A stretch of DNA of 64,000 nucleotides from Verrucomicrobiia bacterium (GTDB lineage Bacteria; Verrucomicrobiota; Verrucomicrobiia; Limisphaerales; UBA11358), in the NCBI GenBank assembly GCA_035546095.1, contig DASZXB010000073.1, forward strand, positions 21,866 to 85,865, written 5' to 3'. Position numbers and translations under genes: made by a program. Below are positions 17,279-25,949 of the stretch, in pieces (the stretch's first letter is position 1; each line of letters begins with the position of its first letter). The notes beneath the pieces are model-generated. The model ran no database searches and was not told where the DNA came from. It saw only the letters and a list, made by a program, of their open reading frames with translations.

Positions 17279-17972
17279 GCGGATATTCTTGAATCAATCG
17301 CACCGAGTCCGCCGACGCATACCAATCGCCTTCAATCAACTGAAGCGAACGAACGCGGGCTTCGCCAAAATCCTTGCTTCGCTGATCGGCCAAAAATGTT
17401 TTGAACGATTGCCAATCTTTCATCGGCGTCGCAAAACGAATCACCGTCAAATGCGCGGTCACGATTTTATAGCGACGATCCAGGTTTTCGCCAAGGCCTC
17501 GTTTTGTCAGCGCCGCGCACAAATCATTTCGCAACCGCAACAAATCGCCGCCGGCGGGAAAACCTTGAATCATCACCGTTTCCGGCGAAGCAGTGATTCC
17601 ACGAAAGTTTATTGAAAATGCCGGGCAATTTTTCAGCACATCAGCCAACACCGCCAGATAATCCGGCAATCGTTTCGCACGTCCCTGCCAGGATTCCGAA
17701 CCGGGAATCACGGACAATACAGTCAGGTGAAATTCCGGCGGCTGATAAAAATGCTGGCCCGGCGCGGTTTGAGCGGCCTCCTGCAAAAATTTCGCAACGC
17801 GGTCGCGCACGCCGGAATCAGGCCGCGCAATCAAAGTAACACCGCGCCGGCAATCGTTCGCGCGGTTCTGCAAAAACGGGTCAAGTCGGGGATTGCCGGA
17901 ATCAAAAGCTTCGCCGGCTTCCCGCCAAAGTTTATCGTAAATCTCTTGCGGACGGTTCAATTCTTCAGCCAT
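17271..17972 (-). CDS. 2H phosphoesterase (2'-5' RNA ligase-like) family protein
   Basis: Two HxT motifs, 'FHLTVLS' and 'AHLTVIRF', at the expected spacing. Confidence 0.65.
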   Translation of the reverse strand: MAEELNRPQEIYDKLWREAGEAFDSGNPRLDPFLQNRANDCRRGVTLIARPDSGVRDRVAKFLQEAAQTAPGQHFYQPPEFHLTVLSVIPGSESWQGRAKRLPDYLAVLADVLKNCPAFSINFRGITASPETVMIQGFPAGGDLLRLRNDLCAALTKRGLGENLDRRYKIVTAHLTVIRFATPMKDWQSFKTFLADQRSKDFGEARVRSLQLIEGDWYASADSVRLIQEYPLK

Positions 17973-18532
17973 GCGTCCAACTTCGATTTCAATTTTTCCA
18001 GCGGTAAACCGACGACGTTGTTGAATGAACCGGAAATTTCCGCAACGATTTCATCGCCGTGTTCCTGAATCGCATACGCGCCGGCCTTGTCGAGCGGATT
18101 GATTTGGGCTAAATAATCGGCGATTTGTTTTTCATCAAGCGCACGAAACGTCACGTCCGTGCTGACGGCAAAAAGTTTTTCGCGATGCGCGCGCAAATGA
18201 ATCAAGCTCACGCCGGTGATAACTTGATGCGTGTTTGCTTGAAGCTGCGACAACATATTCTTCGCTTCAGCCAAATCACGCGGCTTGCCGAAAATTTTAG
18301 TTTCAAGAAAAACCAGCGTGTCCGCGCCCAGCACGAGCGCATCGGGAATTTTTTTGGCGACGGCGCGCGCCTTGCGATGCGCGTTGAGCTGACACAATTC
18401 CAACGGCGAAAGATTCTCGTCAAATACTTCCTCTGCGTCACTCGGCACAATTTGAAAATCCACTTTTAATTGCCGCAACAATTCCGCGCGGCGCGGCGAC
18501 GCGGAAGCCAGAATGAGCGGCGGCAATTTCAC
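17957..18532 (-). CDS. maf: Maf-like nucleoside triphosphate pyrophosphatase
   Basis: 'LILASASPRRAELLRQL...GADTLV...GKP...AGAYAIQ'. I prefer the GTG start at 18532 because the longer ORF (to 18652) would overlap the divergent aroK. Confidence 0.8.
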   Translation of the reverse strand: MKLPPLILASASPRRAELLRQLKVDFQIVPSDAEEVFDENLSPLELCQLNAHRKARAVAKKIPDALVLGADTLVFLETKIFGKPRDLAEAKNMLSQLQANTHQVITGVSLIHLRAHREKLFAVSTDVTFRALDEKQIADYLAQINPLDKAGAYAIQEHGDEIVAEISGSFNNVVGLPLEKLKSKLDAWLKN

Positions 18533-18593
18533 GCGACAGTTTAGGGATGAATCCTCAATTGTCCACAAGCGCCAAATCTGATTTATTTGCGGT

Positions 18594-19127
18594 GTGAGCA
18601 ACCATCGCCATATCGCCAATATCGCGCTCATCGGTTTTATGGGCACAGGCAAAACGTCCGTCGGCCGCGTCGTCGCCGAGCAATTGCGCTTTGATTATCT
18701 CGACACCGATGAAATGATTCAGTCGGCGACCGGCAAAACCGTCGCGGACATTTTCAAAGCGGACGGCGAAACGGTGTTTCGGGCTCTGGAAAAAAAAGTC
18801 GTGGAAGAACTGTCAACGCGGAACAAAACCGTCATTTCCACCGGCGGCGGCTTGCCGACTAATCCACAAAATCTCGCCGATTTGAAATCGCACGCGTTGG
18901 TCGTCTGCCTGTGGGCGTCGCCGGAAAAAATCTGGGAACGTGTAAAAAACCAGACGCACCGTCCTCTGCTCCACGACGAAAATCCGCAAAAAAAAATCCG
19001 CGAATTGCTCGCTGTGCGCGAGCCATTTTACAAACAGGCGGACATTTTGCTGAACACGGAATTGCGCTCGTTGCGCGAAGTCGCACAGCAGGTCGTCCAT
19101 CAATTCCGGCTCGCCACGCAAACATGA
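18594..19127 (+). CDS. aroK: shikimate kinase
   Basis: 'IALIGFMGTGKTSVGRVVAEQLRFDYLDTDEMI' (P-loop and shikimate-binding DTD) and 'ISTGGG'. GTG start. Confidence 0.9.
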   Translation: MSNHRHIANIALIGFMGTGKTSVGRVVAEQLRFDYLDTDEMIQSATGKTVADIFKADGETVFRALEKKVVEELSTRNKTVISTGGGLPTNPQNLADLKSHALVVCLWASPEKIWERVKNQTHRPLLHDENPQKKIRELLAVREPFYKQADILLNTELRSLREVAQQVVHQFRLATQT

Positions 19128-20233
19128 AAGCGCAAATCCGAGCGCGGGCGTTGGAATTGGGCTTTGACGATTGCCGTTTCACTTCTGCAAATCCACCGCA
19201 CAGCGCGGAACAATTCCAAAAATGGATTACGGAAAAAAACTTCGGCGAAATGTCGTGGCTTGAGCGTAACGCCGAAAAACGGATTAAACCACAAAAAGTT
19301 TTGCTCGAGGCAAAGAGCGTGATTTGCCTGGTGATGAATTATTTCAAAAGCGATAAGCAGCAAGTGACAAGTGACAAGCAAACTGCAACTGGTCATTCAA
19401 CTCCCCTCATCCCGTCCTTCTCCTCGCTAAACGGGGAGAAGGTGTCCGAAGGACGATTGAGGGGCATTGTCGCTCGCTATGCGCGATTTGATGATTACCA
19501 TAACATTTTGTCTGAACGATTAAAATTACTCACGCAATTCATCAACGAAAGCGGCGGCGCGGAAGCCAAATCGCTTTGGTATGTGGACACCGGGCCGATT
19601 CTGGAACGCGATTTGGCGCAACGCGCGGGTATCGGTTTCGTCGGCAAACACACGAATCTTATCAGTCGCAAATCCGGCAACTGGATTTTTCTCGCGGAAA
19701 TCCTCACGACGCTTGAACTCGAACCCGACGCACCGGAGAAAAACCACTGCGGCAAATGCACACGTTGCCTTGACGCCTGCCCGACCAACGCCATCACCGC
19801 GCCGTTTGAATTGGATGCGCGCAAGTGCATTTCCTATCTGACCATCGAATTGAAAGGTTCGATTCCGGTTGAATTTCGTCGCGCCATCGGCAATCGCATT
19901 TATGGCTGCGACGATTGCCTCGCCGCTTGTCCGTGGAATAAATTCGCGCGCGAAGGCAATTTGATGAGATCGCATTTGCGAAAGGATTTGGAACAGCCGG
20001 ATTTGATTGAATTGCTTTCGCTCGACGAAATGAATTTCAAAACGCGTTTCGCCAATTCACCAATTCTACGGACGAAGCGGCGCGGGTTTTTGCGAAATGT
20101 CTGTGTCGCGCTTGGAAACATCGGTGACAAATCCGTTCTGCCGCATTTGCAAAAAGCCGCGAACGATTCGGAAGAATTGATTCGTGAACACGCGCATTGG
20201 GCGATTTCAGAAATCGAAGCGCGCGGTAAATAA
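19124..20233 (+). CDS. queG: epoxyqueuosine reductase
   Basis: 'CGKCTRCLDACPTNAI' and 'IYGCDDCLAACPWN' 4Fe-4S motifs, 'RYARFDDYH' and C-terminal HEAT-like repeats. ATGA overlap with the aroK stop. Confidence 0.9.
   Translation: MKAQIRARALELGFDDCRFTSANPPHSAEQFQKWITEKNFGEMSWLERNAEKRIKPQKVLLEAKSVICLVMNYFKSDKQQVTSDKQTATGHSTPLIPSFSSLNGEKVSEGRLRGIVARYARFDDYHNILSERLKLLTQFINESGGAEAKSLWYVDTGPILERDLAQRAGIGFVGKHTNLISRKSGNWIFLAEILTTLELEPDAPEKNHCGKCTRCLDACPTNAITAPFELDARKCISYLTIELKGSIPVEFRRAIGNRIYGCDDCLAACPWNKFAREGNLMRSHLRKDLEQPDLIELLSLDEMNFKTRFANSPILRTKRRGFLRNVCVALGNIGDKSVLPHLQKAANDSEELIREHAHWAISEIEARGK
19403..19464. repeat. GC-rich imperfect palindromic repeat embedded in frame in queG
   Basis: CCCCTCA (19403-19409) pairs with TGAGGGG (19458-19464), and CCTTCTCC (19416-19423) with GGAGAAGG (19435-19442). 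It translates as 'PLIPSFSSLNGEKVSEGRLRG'. Confidence 0.5.
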
Positions 20234-20310
20234 GCCATTTCCAGAAATTCATTGAATTTTTGTCCGTGCGCTCCCACCCTGTTCGCAAAGGAGAAATCGT
20301 TTCTCTGACT

Positions 20311-21543
20311 ATGTCGCAGTCGCACAACCGCTATCTCATCATCGTCATCCTCGGCGCGCTTTCCACCATCAGTCCGTTTGCGATTGATATGTATCTGCCC
20401 GCGTTTCCGCAAATGGCCGCCGCGCTGCACACGTCCACCGCCAAAATTTCGCTCTCGCTCTCCAGCTATTTCGCTGGACTCGCCGCCGGGCAACTGTTTT
20501 ACGGTCCGTTGCTCGACCGGTTCGGACGGAAACTGCCGCTGTTCGCCGGACTAATTCTGTTTATCGCCGCGTCCATGCTGTGCCTGTGTTCGCGCACGGT
20601 GGATTGGCTGATTGCCATGCGGTTTGTGCAGGCGCTCGGCGGTTGCGCCGCGCAAGTTGCCGCGATGGCCATGGTGCGCGACTTTTTTCACGTGAGCGAA
20701 ACCGCCAAAATCATTTCGCTGCTCATCCTCATCATCAGCGCGTCGCCGTTGTTCGCGCCGAGCGTGGGCGTGTTCGTGGCCGTGCATTTCGGCTGGCAAT
20801 GGGTGTTCATCGTGTTGTCCGCGTTCGTCGTGCTGATGTTTGCCGTGTCCGCGTGGAAATTGCCGCAAGGCCACAAACCCGATCACGGCATCTCGTTGCG
20901 TCCCCTGCCCATCCTGCGCAACTACGCCGAAGTCCTGCGCGAACCGCAATTCCTCACCTACGCGCTCGCCGGCGCATTTTCGTTTTCCGGCCTGCTCGCC
21001 TATGTCGCGAGTTCGCCCATTGTTTTCATGGAAGTCTTTCACGTCAGCACTGGGCAATTCGGCGCCATCTTTGCCGGACTCGCCGTCGGTTTCATCGGCA
21101 GCAACCAGATCAACGTCCTGCTGCTCCGCAAGTTCACCAGCGAACAAATCTTTCGCACCACGCTCATCGTGGAATGTCCCGTGGCGCTGCTCTTTCTCAT
21201 CGGCACGATATGCGGCTGGTTCAATCTGTCCGCCACGCTTGTGCTGCTGTTCATCGTGCTGTCCAGCCTCGGCCTCGCGTTTCCGAACGCGGCGGCACTG
21301 GCGCTCGTGCCGTTCGACCGCAACATCGGCAGCGCGTCCGCCATGCTCGGCTTTCTGCAAATTGGCGTGTCCGGCCTCGCCTCGGCCAGCATCGGCATCT
21401 TCGATTCCCACACCATGATGCCCGTGGCGCTCATTCTGGCCGCGACCTCATGGATTGGCTTTGCGATTCTGCTGCTGGGCAAACGCCGGATTCACGGCGT
21501 GCGTTACGTGGAAGAAAAAGACGCCAACTTCCTGCCGCATTAA
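20311..21543 (+). CDS. Bcr/CflA-family MFS efflux transporter
   Basis: 'LGALSTISPFAIDMYLPAFPQMA' and 'GPLLDRFGRK' are hallmarks of the Bcr/CflA subfamily. 12 TM helices. Confidence 0.85.
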   Translation: MSQSHNRYLIIVILGALSTISPFAIDMYLPAFPQMAAALHTSTAKISLSLSSYFAGLAAGQLFYGPLLDRFGRKLPLFAGLILFIAASMLCLCSRTVDWLIAMRFVQALGGCAAQVAAMAMVRDFFHVSETAKIISLLILIISASPLFAPSVGVFVAVHFGWQWVFIVLSAFVVLMFAVSAWKLPQGHKPDHGISLRPLPILRNYAEVLREPQFLTYALAGAFSFSGLLAYVASSPIVFMEVFHVSTGQFGAIFAGLAVGFIGSNQINVLLLRKFTSEQIFRTTLIVECPVALLFLIGTICGWFNLSATLVLLFIVLSSLGLAFPNAAALALVPFDRNIGSASAMLGFLQIGVSGLASASIGIFDSHTMMPVALILAATSWIGFAILLLGKRRIHGVRYVEEKDANFLPH

Positions 21544-21552
21544 ATCAAAACT

Positions 21553-21585
21553 TGATCTGATCGCCTGATCTGATCAATTGATCTG
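21553..21585. promoter_or_regulatory. cluster of five GATC sites (TGATCTGATC direct repeats) upstream of the methyltransferase gene
   Basis: GATC at 21554, 21559, 21567, 21572 and 21580. The cluster lies in the 45-nt gap between the MFS stop and GTG 21589. Confidence 0.5.
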
Positions 21586-21588
21586 GGC

Positions 21589-22587
21589 GTGCCGCGCAAG
21601 CCTAAATCCAGTTCCCAATACAAAATCCGCCGTAAGATTCCCGACCCCAAGTATTCGCTGGATGAGATTGTTCGTCCGCACGTCAGAAAATCCCCACGCA
21701 ATCCGCAAACCAAAGAACAGCTTGCCATTGCGCCCATTGAAAGCGTCTCGCCTGCCGAAGCGCAGCCGTTTTTGAAATGGGTCGGCGGCAAATCCCAGCT
21801 CCTCGCGCAGTTCGACGAATTTTTCCCGGCGAAGATTGACCGTTACGTTGAGCCGTTCATTGGCGGCGGCGCGGTGTTCTTTCACCTCAAACATCGCTTT
21901 CCGAAAATGAAGGCGTTTCTGCGCGATAACAACGACGAACTCATCAACACCTACGTCGCCGTGCGCGATTATCCGCGCGAACTCATGCACCGACTTGACC
22001 GGCATCTCAAGGCATTTCAGGCAAATCGTGAAAATTATTACTACGAAACCCGCAGCAAACACCATTTGCCAAAAAGTGAAACTGTGGAACGCGCCGCACG
22101 AATGATTTTTCTGAATAAAACCTGTTACAACGGCCTTTGGCGCGTTAATTCACGCGGCGAATTCAATGTCCCAATTGGCTCACACAAAAATCCGTCGCTC
22201 TACGATGAAGAAAATATTTTGGCCGCCAGCTATGCGTTGCGAGGCGTGCATTTGGACACGAAAGATTTCCGTGATGCTTTGGATGAAACTCGACGCGGCG
22301 AGTTTGTTTATATTGATCCGCCATATTTTCCCGTCTCGCCAACGGCAAGTTTCACTTCATACACTAAAGATGATTTCGGTGCAGAAGAACAACGTGAATT
22401 AGCTGCGTTGTTTGTAGCGGCGGCAAATCGCGGAGTTCATTTGATGCTTTCTAACTCTGACACTGATTTTATACGCAAACTGTATCGAAGATTTGCCACG
22501 CACATTGTGCGAGCGCGGAGAATGGTTAATTGTGATGGAACGAAACGAGGCGAAATAAACGAAGTCGTGATTTGCACAGAAGGTTAA
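21589..22587 (+). CDS. Dam-class (D12, alpha group) N6-adenine DNA methyltransferase
   Basis: 'FLKWVGGKSQL', 'EPFIGGGAVFF' (FxGxG) and 'VYIDPPY' (DPPY), in the Dam order. GTG start with a ~60-aa basic N-terminal extension. Confidence 0.85.
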   Translation: MPRKPKSSSQYKIRRKIPDPKYSLDEIVRPHVRKSPRNPQTKEQLAIAPIESVSPAEAQPFLKWVGGKSQLLAQFDEFFPAKIDRYVEPFIGGGAVFFHLKHRFPKMKAFLRDNNDELINTYVAVRDYPRELMHRLDRHLKAFQANRENYYYETRSKHHLPKSETVERAARMIFLNKTCYNGLWRVNSRGEFNVPIGSHKNPSLYDEENILAASYALRGVHLDTKDFRDALDETRRGEFVYIDPPYFPVSPTASFTSYTKDDFGAEEQRELAALFVAAANRGVHLMLSNSDTDFIRKLYRRFATHIVRARRMVNCDGTKRGEINEVVICTEG

Positions 22588-22590
22588 ATT

Positions 22591-23895
22591 ATGCCGATGG
22601 TAATGCCATTTGAAGAAGCGTGGGAGAAACTCGTGCGCGAGCGAGTTGATACCACTTTGGATTTAGTAACGTTGACAAAAGCCGACATCGAATCTGTCAC
22701 AGGTAATGAACTCCGATTGATGGCTAAGGTAGATTTTTCAGATGAACTGCCTGCTGCTTTGAAACGACATAGCTACTTCATTTTGCCCGTCAAAAATGGT
22801 GAATATGTTCTTGTGCGCGGAAATGGCTATCACACGCTTGAAAAGCTTCCAAAGCCGCCAACAATTTTTCGTCCGCAACTAGACTTTGAATTGGCAACTC
22901 TCAACGTTGGCGACAGTGAATCACAACATCTTGATTATAGTTTTCACATCGGCTTGGTTGAACGATTTGCTAACGTAACTGGCTTGCGCCAAACAATTCG
23001 TGGACGAAAAAGAATGCCAGCAATTGATTTTCATGTCGGTCAAGTTGGGCCAATCAAAGTAAAAACTGGTGTTCAAGTTGAAGTGGACTTGGGATGTGAA
23101 GGGCGCGAAGACATTTTGCTCATTGAGGCAAAAAATGGCGAGCCAACTGATTTCATCGTGCGGCAATTATTTTATCCATATCGCAAATGGCGATTGGAAA
23201 TTCCGCAAAAGCGAACTCGGCCTTGGTTTTTTTGTTCGACCAAAGTTGCCAACAAGCGGCTCTACAAATTTTGGGAATATGAATTCACCGATGATGACCA
23301 GTATCAATCACTCAAACTCATACAAGGCGAATCGTTTCTGATTGAGCCAAACCGGAAACGACTGACGGTGGATGAGTTGTTGCGTGTCCATGTCGCGGGC
23401 AAAGCCAGACGCGAATTTTGGAACGTGCCGCAGGCGGATGCGTTTTGGCGCGTGGCGGAAATACCGTTGCTCGTCGCGCAGGGCATTGATACAGCGGGGA
23501 AAATAGCGGCGCATTACGAATTTGACCCACGCCAAAGTAGTTATTACCGACAAGCTGCCGAATTTCTTGGCCTTGTCACTTCAGACAAAACACATCATTA
23601 CGTTTTGACTGATTTGGGACACGAATATGCCAATCTTCCCGCCGACGAGCGGCGGCAGTTGCTGGCGGGCATTCTCGCGCATTTTCCGCCGATGCGTGCC
23701 GCGTTGGAAACGCTAGAACGCGCGGGCAAACGCGAGGTGAGCAAACGGGAAATCGCCGCGTTGCTGGAACGTCATTCGCAAATCCGTGCCAGCACACCCA
23801 GTCGCCGCGCTTCGACGATTTTGGCGTGGCTGCAATGGCTGCAATCCAACACAGGCGCGGTGCGGGCAACTCAACTGGGTTTTACCATTCAGTAG
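22591..23895 (+). CDS. putative type II restriction endonuclease (PD-(D/E)XK candidate plus C-terminal winged-helix-like region)
   Basis: It starts 3 nt after the methyltransferase stop. 'VEVDLGCEGREDILLIEAKNG' fits D-x13-E-x-K. I recognise no family. Confidence 0.5.
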   Translation: MPMVMPFEEAWEKLVRERVDTTLDLVTLTKADIESVTGNELRLMAKVDFSDELPAALKRHSYFILPVKNGEYVLVRGNGYHTLEKLPKPPTIFRPQLDFELATLNVGDSESQHLDYSFHIGLVERFANVTGLRQTIRGRKRMPAIDFHVGQVGPIKVKTGVQVEVDLGCEGREDILLIEAKNGEPTDFIVRQLFYPYRKWRLEIPQKRTRPWFFCSTKVANKRLYKFWEYEFTDDDQYQSLKLIQGESFLIEPNRKRLTVDELLRVHVAGKARREFWNVPQADAFWRVAEIPLLVAQGIDTAGKIAAHYEFDPRQSSYYRQAAEFLGLVTSDKTHHYVLTDLGHEYANLPADERRQLLAGILAHFPPMRAALETLERAGKREVSKREIAALLERHSQIRASTPSRRASTILAWLQWLQSNTGAVRATQLGFTIQ

Positions 23896-23924
23896 TGACA
23901 CCAGTTGCCTCCGTTTTCAGAGGT

Positions 23925-24596
23925 TTAATCCGCGTGGTTGCCATCGCAAAACGGTTTATTGGCGGATTTGCCGCAGCGGCACAACGTCACGCGATTGCGG
24001 ATTTCGTAAGTTTTGCCATCAGCGGAAACGACCGGAATGCCGCCGCGCACCCATATCGGGCCGCTGACTTTTTTCTCGGTGTCTTCAATCAGCCCAAGCG
24101 AAGGCGCGAATTCGGGTTCGATGGCCTGGCCGGTGGTTTTGTCCCAAATCACAAGCCGTCCGGCGGGACAATGCGCAGCTTCATGTTTCACGATTTCGCG
24201 GATTTCGGGTTTGTCCGTGTCTTTGATGAGATTCCAGATGCGGCCTTTGGGGTCGCAAAAGCGCGCGTAGGCGCAAAGGTTTTGCTGGTCGGTCAATTTT
24301 ATCGCGGGGCCGTCAATCGTTTTGGCCTGTTGCAGATACGGTTCGTGGCCGGCGGTTTCCGTGCCGTCGAAATGAACTTTGGCGTGCGTGCCGTCGCAGA
24401 AGGGTTTGTTGGCGGAATGACCGCAGCGGCACAGCGCGTATTGCGGCTGCGCCGGAAATTTTTTGCCTTCGCGATATTCCAGCGAATCGCCTTCGGCGTT
24501 GGTGACAATCCATTGCTCGCTCAACGGCAGATGGCCGCTGACGAGATACGGGCCGTTTTTGGTGACTTGAATTTTGCCGTGTTCGCTCGCTTTCAT
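23925..24596 (-). CDS. CDGSH iron-sulfur domain protein
   Basis: Two 'C.CG.S.NKPFCDG.H' CDGSH motifs flank a Cys-rich central segment ('CAYARFC...HCPAG'). Confidence 0.85.
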   Translation of the reverse strand: MKASEHGKIQVTKNGPYLVSGHLPLSEQWIVTNAEGDSLEYREGKKFPAQPQYALCRCGHSANKPFCDGTHAKVHFDGTETAGHEPYLQQAKTIDGPAIKLTDQQNLCAYARFCDPKGRIWNLIKDTDKPEIREIVKHEAAHCPAGRLVIWDKTTGQAIEPEFAPSLGLIEDTEKKVSGPIWVRGGIPVVSADGKTYEIRNRVTLCRCGKSANKPFCDGNHAD

Positions 24597-24755
24597 AGTG
24601 CTTGCCGGATGGTTGTGGACTTGAACGAACTGTCGCGCTTTGACGGATTGGCGTCAACTGGAAATCCGCATCAAGACTTCAATCACCTGTTTAAGCGGCA
24701 AAAACGAACGACGACATTGATTCACGTTGGCACGGTTGTTGCCTTAATCCGAGTT

Positions 24756-25136
24756 ATGAAAATTTATGGTTTCATCATCGCGACGGTCGGCCTCGCGCTG
24801 TGCGGTTGTGATCAACTGTCGGACGACGGCGTGCATCTGGCGGAATGTCTGAAGGCTGGCGCGCAGACGTTGCGGCAGAGCGCGGACACGGAATTGACGG
24901 TGGCGTTCGAGCCGCTGGATGGAACGAACCAGATTTATACGGTGCAATTCTGCAAGGACAGCGCGGTGGTGGTGTGGAGCAAACACGGCGGGTCGAGCAC
25001 GTATCAATTGAATTACGTGGCGTTGCCAAAGGATTTTTATCTGCACAAGACGAACGAGGCAACGTTTGTGACGTTGCGCAAAAACGGTCCGAGCCGGACT
25101 GGCGAGGAGCGGATTGACGTGGTGGACGCGCGATGA
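24756..25136 (+). CDS. small lipoprotein (hypothetical)
   Basis: Lipobox 'VGLALCGC'. Only the last 126 codons of the long track ORF 23826-25136 are plausible. Confidence 0.5.
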   Translation: MKIYGFIIATVGLALCGCDQLSDDGVHLAECLKAGAQTLRQSADTELTVAFEPLDGTNQIYTVQFCKDSAVVVWSKHGGSSTYQLNYVALPKDFYLHKTNEATFVTLRKNGPSRTGEERIDVVDAR

Positions 25137-25164
25137 TTTCGCCGCGTGAATCAGAAATGCAGCA

Positions 25165-25797
25165 TCAATTCGGGGAAATGACGTGAAACGTGCCGTTGGA
25201 TTTCACTTCCACATCCAGACTGGCATAGATGCTTTCAGCGGAGATAATTCCAACGGGATTTTGTTTTAGATCGTCCAATTGTTCCTGAAGCGCCATCGGA
25301 TTGTTGAATTTTCGCTCCACCACGACCCGTTCGGCGACATCGCGGCGAAAACGATTTTCCAAAAGTGCGTAGTTTTTGTTCGCTTCAGTCAAACCGGCTT
25401 CAGTCAAAGCAACTTGCTTCATGAGAGCGGTGACTTGATTGGTCAAGTCCACGATGTTTCCGCTTAACTTTTGGTTTTCCGATTGGATTTCCGCGATTTG
25501 CCGGGTGAGGTTGGTGATTTGTTCCGAACCAAGCTGAATGGCGGATTGAGCTTCAACCAGTTGATTGGAAAACGCGGATGATTCCGAGCGCGCCTGATCG
25601 AGCTTGTTGGAAAACACGGCAATCGTTCCCTGCCCTATGGCGATTTGCGTTTGGGCGGAGTCCAGACGATTTGAAAAATCGGTGATTGCGCCGATGTCCG
25701 TTTGATGCTGCGCATTGTCGCCGCGTTTGCTCACGATGAGCGCGACAACCAACGCGACGCAGAGAATTGCGAAAGCCGTGGACCAGTATTGTTTCAT
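25165..25797 (-). CDS. membrane-anchored coiled-coil protein (hypothetical)
   Basis: N-terminal TM helix 'TAFAILCVALVVALIV', then repeated 'FSN.LD.A' heptad-rich sequence. Confidence 0.5.
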   Translation of the reverse strand: MKQYWSTAFAILCVALVVALIVSKRGDNAQHQTDIGAITDFSNRLDSAQTQIAIGQGTIAVFSNKLDQARSESSAFSNQLVEAQSAIQLGSEQITNLTRQIAEIQSENQKLSGNIVDLTNQVTALMKQVALTEAGLTEANKNYALLENRFRRDVAERVVVERKFNNPMALQEQLDDLKQNPVGIISAESIYASLDVEVKSNGTFHVISPN

Positions 25798-25949
25798 CCG
25801 ACAAAGATTTTTTCCATACCCGCGATTCAATCAAGCTCTCAACTGTTACAAATCTATGACGAAGCAGCGATGGAATAAAGCAGGATTTGTTCACGATAAA
25901 CCAGAAATTGAAAGGCATCGCCAAATTACAACCCAATGCGCAACGCCAT

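Noticed and set aside
18988-18996. A9 homopolymer inside aroK (and an A8 tract at 45313-45320 inside the PAS kinase gene) as possible phase-variation tracts
   Set aside because: The tracts are short, lie in housekeeping or signalling genes and simply encode Lys-Lys. Nothing suggests contingency-locus behaviour.
18911-19123. N-terminal extension of the queG ORF
   Set aside because: It overlaps aroK in another frame. The conserved QueG N-terminus 'MKAQIRARALELGFD' starts at ATG 19124, which overlaps the aroK stop.
20551-21560. Two long ORFs (286 aa minus strand, 326 aa plus strand) over the MFS transporter gene
   Set aside because: They are alternative-frame and antisense shadows of a clear 12-TM Bcr/CflA gene. 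Their translations are Arg/Gly/His-rich.
23826-24755. 5' two-thirds of the 436-aa ORF 23826-25136
   Set aside because: This part is the antisense shadow of the CDGSH gene, with an Arg/Ala/Phe-rich product. Only the last 126 codons, from ATG 24756 and carrying a lipobox, look real.
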